Source: Marinomonas sp.
GTDB lineage: Bacteria > Pseudomonadota > Gammaproteobacteria > Pseudomonadales > Marinomonadaceae
DNA length: 64,000 nt
Reading direction: 5' to 3'
Assembly: GCF_965225885.1 (NCBI RefSeq)
Contig: NZ_OZ245329.1
Location: 2,890,449-2,954,448, forward strand
In this document: in pieces, positions 40,868 through 50,504 of the stretch
How positions within the stretch are numbered: the stretch's first letter is position 1
How the letters are laid out: every line of letters starts with the position of its first letter
Position numbers and translations under genes: made by a program
Notes under the pieces: model-generated
The model's input: only the letters and a program-made list of their open reading frames with translations
Told to the model about the DNA's origin: nothing
Database searches by the model: none

Positions 40868-42622
40868 ATGAATGATTTTTATGACCCTACAAAACTAAAA
40901 ATTGGCCAACATGTTGGCGTCGAGCTCGATCCGTATGTTTTAAACTACCCTATGGATAGCCATAAAACCACTTGGGTTGCAGATCAAGGTGGACGCCCTT
41001 TCGTCTTACGCTTCTTCCAATCGAACAAAGGCAAGGTCGAAGATTTCTTACAAAATGCTAGAAAATATGCCAGCGTCAAACACCCCGCAATCACACCAAA
41101 CTACCCACCCTTTTATTCTAATTTGTGGGTATTTTCATGTTCTGCGGTTTGTGGCGGCGAGAATCTCTATAGCTTTTTAGGCAAATACCCTGACGGAGCG
41201 CCTCTTAATGTCGTCATAAGCTTATTCGACAACATAGCCAAAGCATTAGATCAAGTTCATCGCAATGGTCTTTTTCATGGCCATTTGGATTTGAGCTCCA
41301 TTCATGTCGTTAATGGCTTAGGCTTGATGACAGGGTTTGGTTCTCATAACTGGATGAAGCGAATTGAAGACAGTGAAATGGATGCCCGCTTCTTCCCGCC
41401 AGAGTATTTAAAAAAGGAGCAACAACGCAGCTCAACCTCAGACAGTTTCGCTTTTATGCGGCTTTTGATGGCAGCGTTATTGGGCGAATCTATTCTTGAT
41501 AAAGATTTTGCCACTGGCCTACCAGATACTCACCCTAATTTAAGCGACGCCACATGGAGCCGTTTACTGAAATGGAGCCGCGAAAGTGAGCGTCATAGAC
41601 CTAAATCGTTAGCGGAAGTGATACGAATTATTCGCGCCAATCTTTATAAACCAGAGGTCAGTGACAGCTCAGCAACAAAACGAGCTGTTAAGCGCTATGC
41701 CCGCACGCTATCACCTGTCACTATTGGTGCAGCCGCTTTTGTTGCCACAGGCCTTGTCGCTGCTATTATTTTATGGCCAGAAGCAACACCTCCCAAAAAA
41801 ATGGCTGCACCCAAAATAATTCAGCCTGAAATTGAAGAAAAAACACCATTCGAAGCCCTGCCCCAGGTATTGGAAGAACCACTTATTTCAGGCGGAACCG
41901 CACCTAAAATAGAAAAGATTCCACCCGCGACTTTTATTATGGGCGATCAAGGTCATATGGGTGACGACAATGAGAAACCCGCTCATGAAGTCGATATTCC
42001 TAATGGTTTTTACATCAGTAAATATGAAGTTACCTTTGACCAATATGACAAATTCGCCAAAGCAACGAATAGAGAGCTTCCTCCAGACAATGGCTGGGGA
42101 CGAGGGCTACACCCAGTCATTAATGTTAGTTGGTACGATGCCAAAGCCTATACTGCGTGGATATCTAGTGAAACAAACGCAGAGTACAGATTGCCTACAG
42201 AGATTGAATGGGAGTATTCCGCCAGAGCCGATTCAAGTACTGCCTTCTGGTATGGCGATAATGTTAAACAAGGCTATAGCGTCTGTGACAGCTGTGGTAG
42301 CAAATGGGACGGTGTATCGTCGGCGCCAGTTGGCAGCCAAGCAAGTAATCCACTAGGCTTATTTGACATGCACGGTAACGTCGCAGAATGGGTAGAAGAC
42401 TGCTATCACGACACCTATGACGGAGCGCCTACTAAAAATCAGGTCTGGTTAGCAAATCAGTGTGATAACAGAGTGCTTCGAGGTGGTTCTTGGTTTGATA
42501 TTCCAAGAGTTGGTCGCAGCTCTACTCGATATAGAGCTCAGCCCGATTTAAAAGCCAGCAATTGGGGATTTAGAGTAGTGAGGATTATTCAGCAAGCTGA
42601 TGATTTAGCTAAATCAGAATAA
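40868..42622 (+). CDS. Membrane-anchored protein with an N-terminal Ser/Thr-kinase-like (apparently degenerate) domain and a C-terminal FGE-sulfatase/SUMF1-like domain
   Basis: I prefer the ATG at 40868 over the track TTG at 40850. Kinase-fold landmarks (HPAI, PPEY, SDSFAF, RP) are present without catalytic residues. A TM helix follows (VTIGAAAFVATGLVAAIILW). The C-terminal domain has typical FGE-type motifs (YEVT, RLPTE.EWEY, GNV.EWV, RGGSW). Confidence 0.8.
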   Translation: MNDFYDPTKLKIGQHVGVELDPYVLNYPMDSHKTTWVADQGGRPFVLRFFQSNKGKVEDFLQNARKYASVKHPAITPNYPPFYSNLWVFSCSAVCGGENLYSFLGKYPDGAPLNVVISLFDNIAKALDQVHRNGLFHGHLDLSSIHVVNGLGLMTGFGSHNWMKRIEDSEMDARFFPPEYLKKEQQRSSTSDSFAFMRLLMAALLGESILDKDFATGLPDTHPNLSDATWSRLLKWSRESERHRPKSLAEVIRIIRANLYKPEVSDSSATKRAVKRYARTLSPVTIGAAAFVATGLVAAIILWPEATPPKKMAAPKIIQPEIEEKTPFEALPQVLEEPLISGGTAPKIEKIPPATFIMGDQGHMGDDNEKPAHEVDIPNGFYISKYEVTFDQYDKFAKATNRELPPDNGWGRGLHPVINVSWYDAKAYTAWISSETNAEYRLPTEIEWEYSARADSSTAFWYGDNVKQGYSVCDSCGSKWDGVSSAPVGSQASNPLGLFDMHGNVAEWVEDCYHDTYDGAPTKNQVWLANQCDNRVLRGGSWFDIPRVGRSSTRYRAQPDLKASNWGFRVVRIIQQADDLAKSE

Positions 42623-42793
42623 TTCCGCTAAATGTCACCTATTCGAAATTGTTATGGTGCATAGTAAGTTTTAAGCCATTTTTTTCTATAAAATAAGTGC
42701 ATCAAAAAATGATAAAAATATCGTTTAAATTGATTTTACTTATATCTAATCGACTTTTTAGGCTCTGTTGTTTGAAAGTCGACAATAAAAACT

Positions 42794-42831
42794 AGGGGAT
42801 TCAGTATGATATTGAACTCACTGAATCCCCT
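42794..42831 (-). terminator. Orphan 12-bp perfect hairpin with a minus-strand T-tract
   Basis: aggggattcagt (42794-42805) / actgaatcccct (42820-42831) with a 14-nt loop. On the minus strand it is followed by agtttttatt. No minus-strand gene lies upstream of it. Confidence 0.4.
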
Positions 42832-42977
42832 CTTGATACAATAAACGATCTGTATAGAGACCGCTAATCAAGGAATGAAACAATCAGTTTAGCTATGCTT
42901 TCTTGAAGCAAATATAGCCAACCTAGATTCCATTATTAGCACATAACGTTATCGTAAATTATAATTCAGAGGTGCAA

Positions 42978-45779
42978 ATGAGCTTATATTTAGACTACTT
43001 ACAAGAAATAGAGAATCGTAAAGGCCAAGGATTGCATCCTAAACCAATTGATGACGGCGATTTATTATCTGAAATCATCGCTCAAATCAAAGATGCAGGG
43101 CATGAACACCGCAAAGAATCTCTAAACTTTTTTATCTACAACACCTTGCCGGGCACAACAAGCGCTGCGGGCGTTAAAGCAAAATTTTTGAAAGAAATCA
43201 TCCTAGGCAAAAATAGTGTAAAAGAAATTTCACCTGAGTTTGCTCTAGAATTACTTTCTCATATGAAAGGCGGCCCATCAGTTGAAGTATTAATTGACCT
43301 TGCATTATCAGATGATTCTGCGATTGCGGCGCCTGCTGCTGACGTTTTAAAAACTCAAGTATTTCTATACGAAGCAGATATGGAACGCCTAGAATCAGCC
43401 TACAAAGCTGGCAACACCATTGCTAAAGACATTCTAGAGAGCTACGCCAAAGCAGAGTTTTTCACTAAGCTTCCTGACATCAGCGAAAAAATTGAAGTGG
43501 TAACTTACATTGCCGCTGAAGGCGATATCTCAACAGATTTACTATCTCCGGGCAACCAAGCTCACTCTCGCTCTGACCGTGAACTTCACGGCAAGTGCAT
43601 GATCACACCTGAAGCTCAACAAGAAATCAAAGCATTACAAATCAAACACCCAACAGCGAAAGTTATGCTTATCGCTGAAAAAGGCACGATGGGCGTTGGT
43701 TCTTCGCGTATGTCTGGTGTCAATAATGTTGCGCTTTGGGCAGGTCAACAAGCAAGCCCATACATTCCATTCGTGAACTTTGCTCCAGTTGTTGCTGGCA
43801 CAAACGGCATCTCCCCTATCTTCATGACGACTGTGGGTGTTACTGGCGGTATTGGCCTAGACCTGAAAAACTGGGTTAAGAAACTAGATGCCAATGGTAA
43901 ACCAGTCCTTGACGCTAACGGTGACACCGTTCTTGAACAAGCCTACTCAGTAGAAACTGGCACCGTTTTAACCATTAACACCAAAGAAAAGAAACTTTAC
44001 AACGGTGATAAAGAATTGGTTGATGTTTCTTCCGCTTTCACTCCTCAACAAGTTGAGTTTATGAAAGCTGGCAGCTCATACGCTGTAGTCTTTGGTAAAA
44101 AGCTGCAAACCTTTGCCGCTGAAACTTTGGGCATCCCAACACCAACTGTTTACGCTCCAGCACAAGAAATTTCAAACGATGATCAAGGCCTAACGGCTGT
44201 TGAGAAAATTTTCAACAAAAACGCAGTGGGTGTGAAATCTAAAAAAGCACTTCACGCTGGCTCTGATGTTCGCGTTAAAGTAAACATCGTCGGTTCACAA
44301 GATACGACTGGTTTGATGACGGCTCAAGAATTGGAGTCTATGGCGGCCACTGTTATTTCTCCAAGTGTTGACGGTGCCTACCAATCTGGCTGTCACACAG
44401 CGTCTGTTTGGGATTCAAAAGCACAAGCTAACATTCCAAAGCTAATGTCTTTCATGAACAAATTTGGATTAATCACAGGTCGTGATCCAAAAGGCGTTTA
44501 CCCTCCAATGACAGACGTTATTCATAAAGTATTGAATGACATTACCGTTGATGACTCTGCGATCATCATTGGTGGTGACTCTCATACTCGTATGTCTAAA
44601 GGCGTTGCTTTTGGTGCCGATTCTGGAACCGTTGCGTTGGCTCTTGCTACAGGCGAAGCAACTATGCCAATCCCTGAATCTGTCAAAGTAACCTTTAAAG
44701 GCGAAATGAAAAGCTACATGGATTTCCGTGACGTTGTACATGCGACACAAGCCCAAATGCTTAAACAGTTTGGCGGCGAGAACGTATTCCAAGGTCGTGT
44801 CATCGAAGTGCACATAGGCACACTGATGGCTGACCAAGCGTTCACCTTTACTGACTGGACGGCAGAGATGAAAGCGAAAGCTTCCATCTGTATTTCTCAA
44901 GACAAGACTCTTATCCAATCCCTTGAGTTAGCAAAAAAACGCATTCAGATCATGATTGATAAAGGCATGGAAAATGAAGCACAAACTCTACATGGCTTAA
45001 TCGCTCTTGCTGACAAGCGCATTGCAGGCATCACTTCTGGCGAGCAACCAGCGCTAGTACCTGATAACAATGCTAAGTACTACGCTGACGTAGTCGTTGA
45101 CCTTGACGAAATCGTTGAACCAATGATTGCCGATCCAGATGTAAACAATGATGACGTATCTAAGCGTTACACTCACGATGTGATTCGCCAAGTTTCTTTC
45201 TACAAAGATAAGCCTGTTGATCTTGGTTTTGTTGGTTCTTGTATGGTTCACAAAGGTGACATGCAGATCATCGCTCAAATGCTTCGCAACCTTGAAAAAC
45301 AAAATGGCAGCGTATCATTCAAAGTGCCTCTAGTTGTTGCGCCACCTACGTACAACATTGTTGATGAGTTAAAAGCTGAAGGTGACTGGGATATTCTGAA
45401 GAAATATGCTGGCTTCGAATTTGATGATGCTAAACCAAAAGGCGAAGCACGCACGAAATACGAAAACATCATGTACTTAGAACGCCCTGGATGTAACTTG
45501 TGCATGGGTAACCAAGAGAAGGCAGAACCTGGCGATACGGTTATTGCTACCTCTACTCGATTGTTCCAAGGTCGTGTTGTAGCAGATTCGAAAGAGAAAA
45601 AAGGTGAGTCTTTGCTTGGCTCCACTCCAGTCGTTGTACTTTCTACAATATTGGGTCGCTTCCCAACATTGGAAGAATACAAAGCGGCTGTTGCTGGCAT
45701 TACACTTACGGACTTCGCTCCACCACTAGATGCCATGACAATGGCGCCAGTAGAGTTTATTCCTGTAAACAACATCTAA
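42978..45779 (+). CDS. acnB: Aconitate hydratase B (AcnB family, long variant)
   Basis: ATG at 42978, preceded by gagg. AcnB N-terminal HEAT-like/swivel order and Fe-S ligand contexts (GSQDTTG, GGDSHTR, VGSCM, PGCNLCMGNQ). About 933 aa versus about 865 in E. coli as I recall it. Confidence 0.9.
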   Translation: MSLYLDYLQEIENRKGQGLHPKPIDDGDLLSEIIAQIKDAGHEHRKESLNFFIYNTLPGTTSAAGVKAKFLKEIILGKNSVKEISPEFALELLSHMKGGPSVEVLIDLALSDDSAIAAPAADVLKTQVFLYEADMERLESAYKAGNTIAKDILESYAKAEFFTKLPDISEKIEVVTYIAAEGDISTDLLSPGNQAHSRSDRELHGKCMITPEAQQEIKALQIKHPTAKVMLIAEKGTMGVGSSRMSGVNNVALWAGQQASPYIPFVNFAPVVAGTNGISPIFMTTVGVTGGIGLDLKNWVKKLDANGKPVLDANGDTVLEQAYSVETGTVLTINTKEKKLYNGDKELVDVSSAFTPQQVEFMKAGSSYAVVFGKKLQTFAAETLGIPTPTVYAPAQEISNDDQGLTAVEKIFNKNAVGVKSKKALHAGSDVRVKVNIVGSQDTTGLMTAQELESMAATVISPSVDGAYQSGCHTASVWDSKAQANIPKLMSFMNKFGLITGRDPKGVYPPMTDVIHKVLNDITVDDSAIIIGGDSHTRMSKGVAFGADSGTVALALATGEATMPIPESVKVTFKGEMKSYMDFRDVVHATQAQMLKQFGGENVFQGRVIEVHIGTLMADQAFTFTDWTAEMKAKASICISQDKTLIQSLELAKKRIQIMIDKGMENEAQTLHGLIALADKRIAGITSGEQPALVPDNNAKYYADVVVDLDEIVEPMIADPDVNNDDVSKRYTHDVIRQVSFYKDKPVDLGFVGSCMVHKGDMQIIAQMLRNLEKQNGSVSFKVPLVVAPPTYNIVDELKAEGDWDILKKYAGFEFDDAKPKGEARTKYENIMYLERPGCNLCMGNQEKAEPGDTVIATSTRLFQGRVVADSKEKKGESLLGSTPVVVLSTILGRFPTLEEYKAAVAGITLTDFAPPLDAMTMAPVEFIPVNNI

Positions 45780-45814
45780 GCTCTACAGTAAGATCATATT
45801 GTTAATATGATTCA

Positions 45815-45877
45815 ATGCTGATGTTAATCTACAAAAAGTCATATAGGCATACTTGTAGGTTACATCGGCATTTTTTA
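45815..45877 (+). terminator. acnB rho-independent terminator (long imperfect hairpin)
   Basis: atgctgatgttaatctacaa ... ttgtaggttacatcggcat followed by tttttt. Confidence 0.55.
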
Positions 45878-45930
45878 TGGCACATAATTACATTCACGAT
45901 ACTGAAATATTTAAAGCCTACAACTGACAA

Positions 45931-45963
45931 AAACAAAAAAGCCCCGCTATAAGCGAGGCTTTA
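45931..45963 (-). terminator. Terminator of the HPF/RaiA-like gene
   Basis: Minus strand: aaagcctcgc ttat agcggggcttt followed by tttgttttt. Confidence 0.5.
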
Positions 45964-45987
45964 TCTTTATTCTAAGAGGATGGTTAA

Positions 45988-46380
45988 CTAAATAACTTCA
46001 CGCTCTACAAGCTCATCAAATTCAGCTTGTAACTGACGCTCCACAGGGCTTTCTACATCCTTAGCGTTAATATGGTGCTGTCGACCAGCATGCTTCGCTT
46101 TGTGTTTAATTAACTGTTTCTCCAACTTGCCAACTAACAGGTCAAGGGCAGGTTTGAGTTGTTTGTCCGTTTGTACCATTGCAAAAAGATCATGACCAGG
46201 AATATGAACACTGGCTTCTACTATTAATTCATGAGTCCCATGCTTCTCTGTATTTAAGGTCACATTAATGGTGGTTATCTGATTGTTGATACGCGCCAAG
46301 TGATCCAATTTTTCTTTTACTACTTCTTGAACTTCTTCACCAGATTGGACGTGGTGACCGCTAATATTCAATGTATACAT
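45988..46380 (-). CDS. Ribosome hibernation factor, HPF/RaiA (YfiA) family paralogue
   Basis: MYTLNISGHHV... start and beta-alpha-beta-beta-beta-alpha pattern. 130 aa with an acidic C-terminal tail. Not adjacent to rpoN. Confidence 0.85.
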   Translation of the reverse strand: MYTLNISGHHVQSGEEVQEVVKEKLDHLARINNQITTINVTLNTEKHGTHELIVEASVHIPGHDLFAMVQTDKQLKPALDLLVGKLEKQLIKHKAKHAGRQHHINAKDVESPVERQLQAEFDELVEREVI

Positions 46381-46685
46381 AGAGAATTTCCTTCTGTTTT
46401 GGTCAGGTTTTTTATTAACTTAAGTCTTGCTCCTCCTCTGTTGCCCTTATCTATAATCTAAGGATGGTATGACCGAATTTCAATGCCTATATTGTAAATA
46501 CTTGTTCAAGATCATGAACGAATCAACTATTTACAAAAACGCAAAGAACCCTCTTAAAAAACTTTATATATCAATATCATAAGTCTAAAAATCTAGCAAA
46601 CATTTCAAGTCTACATTACATAAAAATATGTGTTTATTATCCCTATAACTAGCATTAGCATCATCATAACAAGCTTATTTTGTGC

Positions 46686-47393
46686 CTAAACTGGCTCCGC
46701 ATCTCGTATCAAACGACTGCTATACAGCCGATAAAGAATGGCGAGGAAAACACATAATCCAGCTGGTACAGATAAAGCATAGAAACTAAACTGATGAAAT
46801 AGCCAAGCCCCTATTGAGCCACCACAAATAAAACCTGTCACTATGATAATAAACAAAAACGCCCTGCGCTTATCCAGAGGCTTTCCCTGTAACGCGCCTC
46901 CTAGCATTATGCCTAAATCAGTAAAAATACCTGTCAAATGCGTTGTTCGCACCACTGCGCCACTGTAGGTCGTTGCAAGAGCATTCTGAAGACCACAAGC
47001 AGCTGACGCAAAATAATGTCCCGATGTATGATTATTTAAGAGAAAATACATGGCAACTAATAAAAAACCAGCCTCAATAATTAATAGAACATCATACAAT
47101 CGGCCTAGTTTTAACGAGGTTCCCGTCAGCACAAAACCAGAAAGTCCAGAACCAAATAAAAAGCTTAGCAGTATTCCGATAAGATGCAAAAGTGTCTCTG
47201 GAACTGGATTCAACAAAGCACTACCAATGAGTGTAGCAGTCCCCGACAAATGCGACACAGCCTGATGCTGAAAACCTAACAAAGCAACAGCGTTAACACT
47301 TCCTGCAATCAAAGCAAGCAAAAATGCACCATACTCAACCCACTTAGGCAGTCTTGATAACACACACCCTCCTAAAGCCCATATCATGGCCAC
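46686..47393 (-). CDS. YoaK-family (DUF1275) membrane protein
   Basis: GSVNAVALLGF..AVSHLSGT motif; about 6 TM helices. Confidence 0.8.
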   Translation of the reverse strand: MAMIWALGGCVLSRLPKWVEYGAFLLALIAGSVNAVALLGFQHQAVSHLSGTATLIGSALLNPVPETLLHLIGILLSFLFGSGLSGFVLTGTSLKLGRLYDVLLIIEAGFLLVAMYFLLNNHTSGHYFASAACGLQNALATTYSGAVVRTTHLTGIFTDLGIMLGGALQGKPLDKRRAFLFIIIVTGFICGGSIGAWLFHQFSFYALSVPAGLCVFLAILYRLYSSRLIRDAEPV

Positions 47394-47466
47394 GTAACCC
47401 TAAAACTAACGCATATAACAATACACTTATAGATAGCGTCATGCGCCCAACAACCAAATAAGTAAG

Positions 47467-47502
47467 CAAAAAAAAGCGCCAGTCACAAATAACTGGCGCT
47501 TT
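47467..47502 (-). terminator. asd terminator
   Basis: Stem aagcgccagt / actggcgctt. A T-run follows on the minus strand (the A-run at 47468-47475 on plus). Confidence 0.6.
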
Positions 47503-47524
47503 AATTGAAAGCTAAAAGAAGTAT

Positions 47525-48643
47525 TTAATCATTTAGTAAAATACGCAGCATGCGACGCAATGGCTCTGCCGCACCCCACAATAGCTGATCACCAACAGAG
47601 AAAGCACTTATATACTCAGGCCCCATATTTAACTTACGAATACGACCAACAGGAATATTCAATGTTCCAGTTGCCGCGGTCGGAGTCAAACGCTCCATTG
47701 TCGCTTGCTTATCATTAGGAACCACACTCACCCAATCGTTATGCTCAGCAAGCATGCTTTCGATATCTGCAACAGGGATATCTTTGTTCAATTTGATTGT
47801 GTATGCCTGACTATGACAACGCATTGCACCGATACGAACACACAGGCCATCAACTGGAATTGGCTTACCATCGATGCCTAGAATTTTGTTCGCTTCAGCT
47901 TGCGCTTTCCACTCTTCACGGCTCTGACCGTTATCAAGCTGGCTATCGATGTAAGGAATCAAAGAACCCGCTAATGGCACACCAAACTGATCGGTAGGTA
48001 ATGCACCAGAACGCATTGTTTCAGCAACCTTACGATCAATTTCTAGAATCGCACTAGCTGGATCAGCAAGCTCACTAGCAACAGAGCCCTGCAACATACC
48101 CATTTGGTTGATCAATTCACGCATGTGGCGTGCACCACCACCAGAAGCCGCTTGGTAGGTCATAGAGGTCATCCATTCAATATGACCTTTCTCAAACAAC
48201 CCACCCAGCGCCAATAGCATCAAGCTAACAGTACAGTTACCACCAACAAACGTTTTGACGCCATTAGTTAAACCTTGCTTGATAACATTTAAGTTAACTG
48301 GATCAAGCACGATTATCGCGTCTTTATCCATACGCAACGAAGACGCGGCATCAATCCAGTAACCTTTCCAACCAGCATTACGCAACTGTGGGTAGATAGC
48401 CTTGGTGTAATCCCCGCCTTGACAGGTAATAATAATATCCATCTTTTTCAATGATTCGATGTCACTTGCATCTTGAAGCAATGGAATATCTTTACCAATT
48501 TCTGGACCTTTCTGCCCCGTTTGAGATGTAGTGAAAAAAACTGGATCAATATGATCAAAGTCTTTTTCTTCCATCATTCGTTGCATCAACACGGAACCGA
48601 CCATTCCGCGCCATCCGACTAAACCTACAGTTTGTTTTGACAT
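47525..48643 (-). CDS. asd: Aspartate-semialdehyde dehydrogenase
   Basis: Starts [23 protein letters not shown], matching the E. coli Asd start. The track N-extension is rejected. Confidence 0.95.
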   Translation of the reverse strand: MSKQTVGLVGWRGMVGSVLMQRMMEEKDFDHIDPVFFTTSQTGQKGPEIGKDIPLLQDASDIESLKKMDIIITCQGGDYTKAIYPQLRNAGWKGYWIDAASSLRMDKDAIIVLDPVNLNVIKQGLTNGVKTFVGGNCTVSLMLLALGGLFEKGHIEWMTSMTYQAASGGGARHMRELINQMGMLQGSVASELADPASAILEIDRKVAETMRSGALPTDQFGVPLAGSLIPYIDSQLDNGQSREEWKAQAEANKILGIDGKPIPVDGLCVRIGAMRCHSQAYTIKLNKDIPVADIESMLAEHNDWVSVVPNDKQATMERLTPTAATGTLNIPVGRIRKLNMGPEYISAFSVGDQLLWGAAEPLRRMLRILLND

Positions 48644-48729
48644 GGTTAACGTTACCTTTTTTTGTGGGGCCACTCATACCAAGAGCAGTATCCCTAATGA
48701 ATGCCCAATATCATTATGATATTAAGCTT

Positions 48730-49815
48730 TTAGTGCTGCGCTGTTAATGCTTTAAGTACAGCATCGCCCATTGCTTGCGTACTAACAGTTTCGCATCCTT
48801 TTGATGCAATATCTGACGTTCTTAGACCTAGATCTAGAACCTTACTTACTGCCGCTTCAATAGCATCCGCCGCGTCTTTTGCGTCTAAAGAATAACGCAA
48901 CATCATAGCAACTGACAAAATTGTTGCCAATGGATTAGCAATTCCTTTGCCTGCAATATCTGGCGCAGAACCGTGACATGGCTCATACATACCGCGACCT
49001 TCAGCATTGAGAGAAGCAGAAGGTAGCATACCAATAGAACCTGTCAACATGGCAGCAGCATCAGAAAGGATATCACCAAACATATTGCCAGTAACCATTA
49101 CATCAAACTGTTTTGGTGCACGAACAAGCTGCATCGCAGCATTATCTACTAGCATATGAGTCAATTCGACGTCAGGATACTCTTTCGCTACTTCTTCCAT
49201 GACTTCTTTCCAAAGCACCGTAACTTCTAGTACGTTAGACTTGTCGATTGAGCAAACACGTTTACCACGTTGGCGAGCCGCTTCAAAAGCAGAACGTCCA
49301 ATTCGACGAATCTCTGATTCGCTATAAACATAAGTGTTAAAACCTTCTCGCTCACCATTTTCTAACGTGCGAATACCACGAGGTTGACCGAAATAAATAC
49401 CGCCCGTTAATTCACGAACAATAAGAATATCCAAACCAGCAACGATTTCTGGTTTCAAGCTAGACGCATCTGCTAACTGCGGATACAAAATTGCAGGACG
49501 AAGATTCGAAAACAGCTCAAGGTTAGAGCGTAAGCCTAGTAAGCCTTTTTCAGGACGAACTGACATTTCTAACTTATCCCACTTAGGGCCACCCACCGCA
49601 CCAAGCAAAATAGCGTCAGCTGCTTTCGCTTTTGCTAATGTCGATTCTGGCAACGGTGAACCCGTCTCATCATAAGCAGAACCACCAACCAAGGCACTCT
49701 CATGCTGAATATTCAATGAGAACTGTTCGTTCACCGCATCTAACACACGAACCGCTTGCGCAACGATTTCTGGACCAATACCGTCACCCGGCAATACCAA
49801 TACATTTTTAGTCAT
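48730..49815 (-). CDS. leuB: 3-isopropylmalate dehydrogenase
   Basis: [10 protein letters not shown] start and NMFGDILSD signature. Confidence 0.97.
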   Translation of the reverse strand: MTKNVLVLPGDGIGPEIVAQAVRVLDAVNEQFSLNIQHESALVGGSAYDETGSPLPESTLAKAKAADAILLGAVGGPKWDKLEMSVRPEKGLLGLRSNLELFSNLRPAILYPQLADASSLKPEIVAGLDILIVRELTGGIYFGQPRGIRTLENGEREGFNTYVYSESEIRRIGRSAFEAARQRGKRVCSIDKSNVLEVTVLWKEVMEEVAKEYPDVELTHMLVDNAAMQLVRAPKQFDVMVTGNMFGDILSDAAAMLTGSIGMLPSASLNAEGRGMYEPCHGSAPDIAGKGIANPLATILSVAMMLRYSLDAKDAADAIEAAVSKVLDLGLRTSDIASKGCETVSTQAMGDAVLKALTAQH

Positions 49816-49844
49816 TTTAAACCCTTAAAAGCTAAATCTTTTGT

Positions 49845-50495
49845 TTACTGACCGCGTGACAAGAAAAGCCATGGCGCATCATTCATGCGTTTTTCTTCGT
49901 AACGACGGATTGCAGAATCTTGCTGCAGCGTTAAACCGATATCATCCAAACCATTCAACAAACAATGTTTACGGAAATTATCGACATTAAACTTGAATGT
50001 CGCACCAGAAGGCGAGGTTACCGTTTGGTTTTCAAGGTCAACAATCACTTGAGCGCCTTCACGCAATGCCACTTCCGCAAACAATTGATCCACTTCTTCG
50101 GCTTGCAAAACGATAGGCAGCAAACCATTTTTGAAACAGTTATTGTAAAAAATATCCGCAAAGCTTGGCGCAATGATCGAACGGAAACCGTAATCATCTA
50201 ATGCCCAAGGTGCGTGTTCACGACTAGAGCCACAACCAAAATTTTGACGAGCCAATAATACACTCGCACCTTTGTAACGATCTTGGTTTAACACAAAGTC
50301 CTTACGAATAGGACGGCCATCGCATTCTTGGTCAGGCTGACCTTCGTCTTCATAACGAAGCTCATCAAATAAATTTTTACCAAAGCCAGTACGCTTGATG
50401 GATTTCAAGAACTGCTTTGGAATGATCATATCAGTATCAACGTTTGCCAAATCCAAAGGAGCGGCTAAACCTGTATGTTTAGTAAAAGGACGCAT
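49845..50495 (-). CDS. leuD: 3-isopropylmalate dehydratase small subunit
   Basis: 216 aa with GCGSSREHA motif. Confidence 0.97.
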   Translation of the reverse strand: MRPFTKHTGLAAPLDLANVDTDMIIPKQFLKSIKRTGFGKNLFDELRYEDEGQPDQECDGRPIRKDFVLNQDRYKGASVLLARQNFGCGSSREHAPWALDDYGFRSIIAPSFADIFYNNCFKNGLLPIVLQAEEVDQLFAEVALREGAQVIVDLENQTVTSPSGATFKFNVDNFRKHCLLNGLDDIGLTLQQDSAIRRYEEKRMNDAPWLFLSRGQ

Positions 50496-50504
50496 ACTCT
50501 TCTC

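Noticed and set aside
44469-45775. Long antisense ORFs inside acnB (44469-44918 and 45275-45775, minus strand). Similar antisense or alternate-frame ORFs lie inside gpsA (19561-19989), lexA (25232-25558), the kinase-like gene (41961-42356), leuC and glnS.
   Set aside because: They lie wholly inside confidently identified genes and have low-complexity or odd composition with no motifs. They are the usual shadow ORFs.
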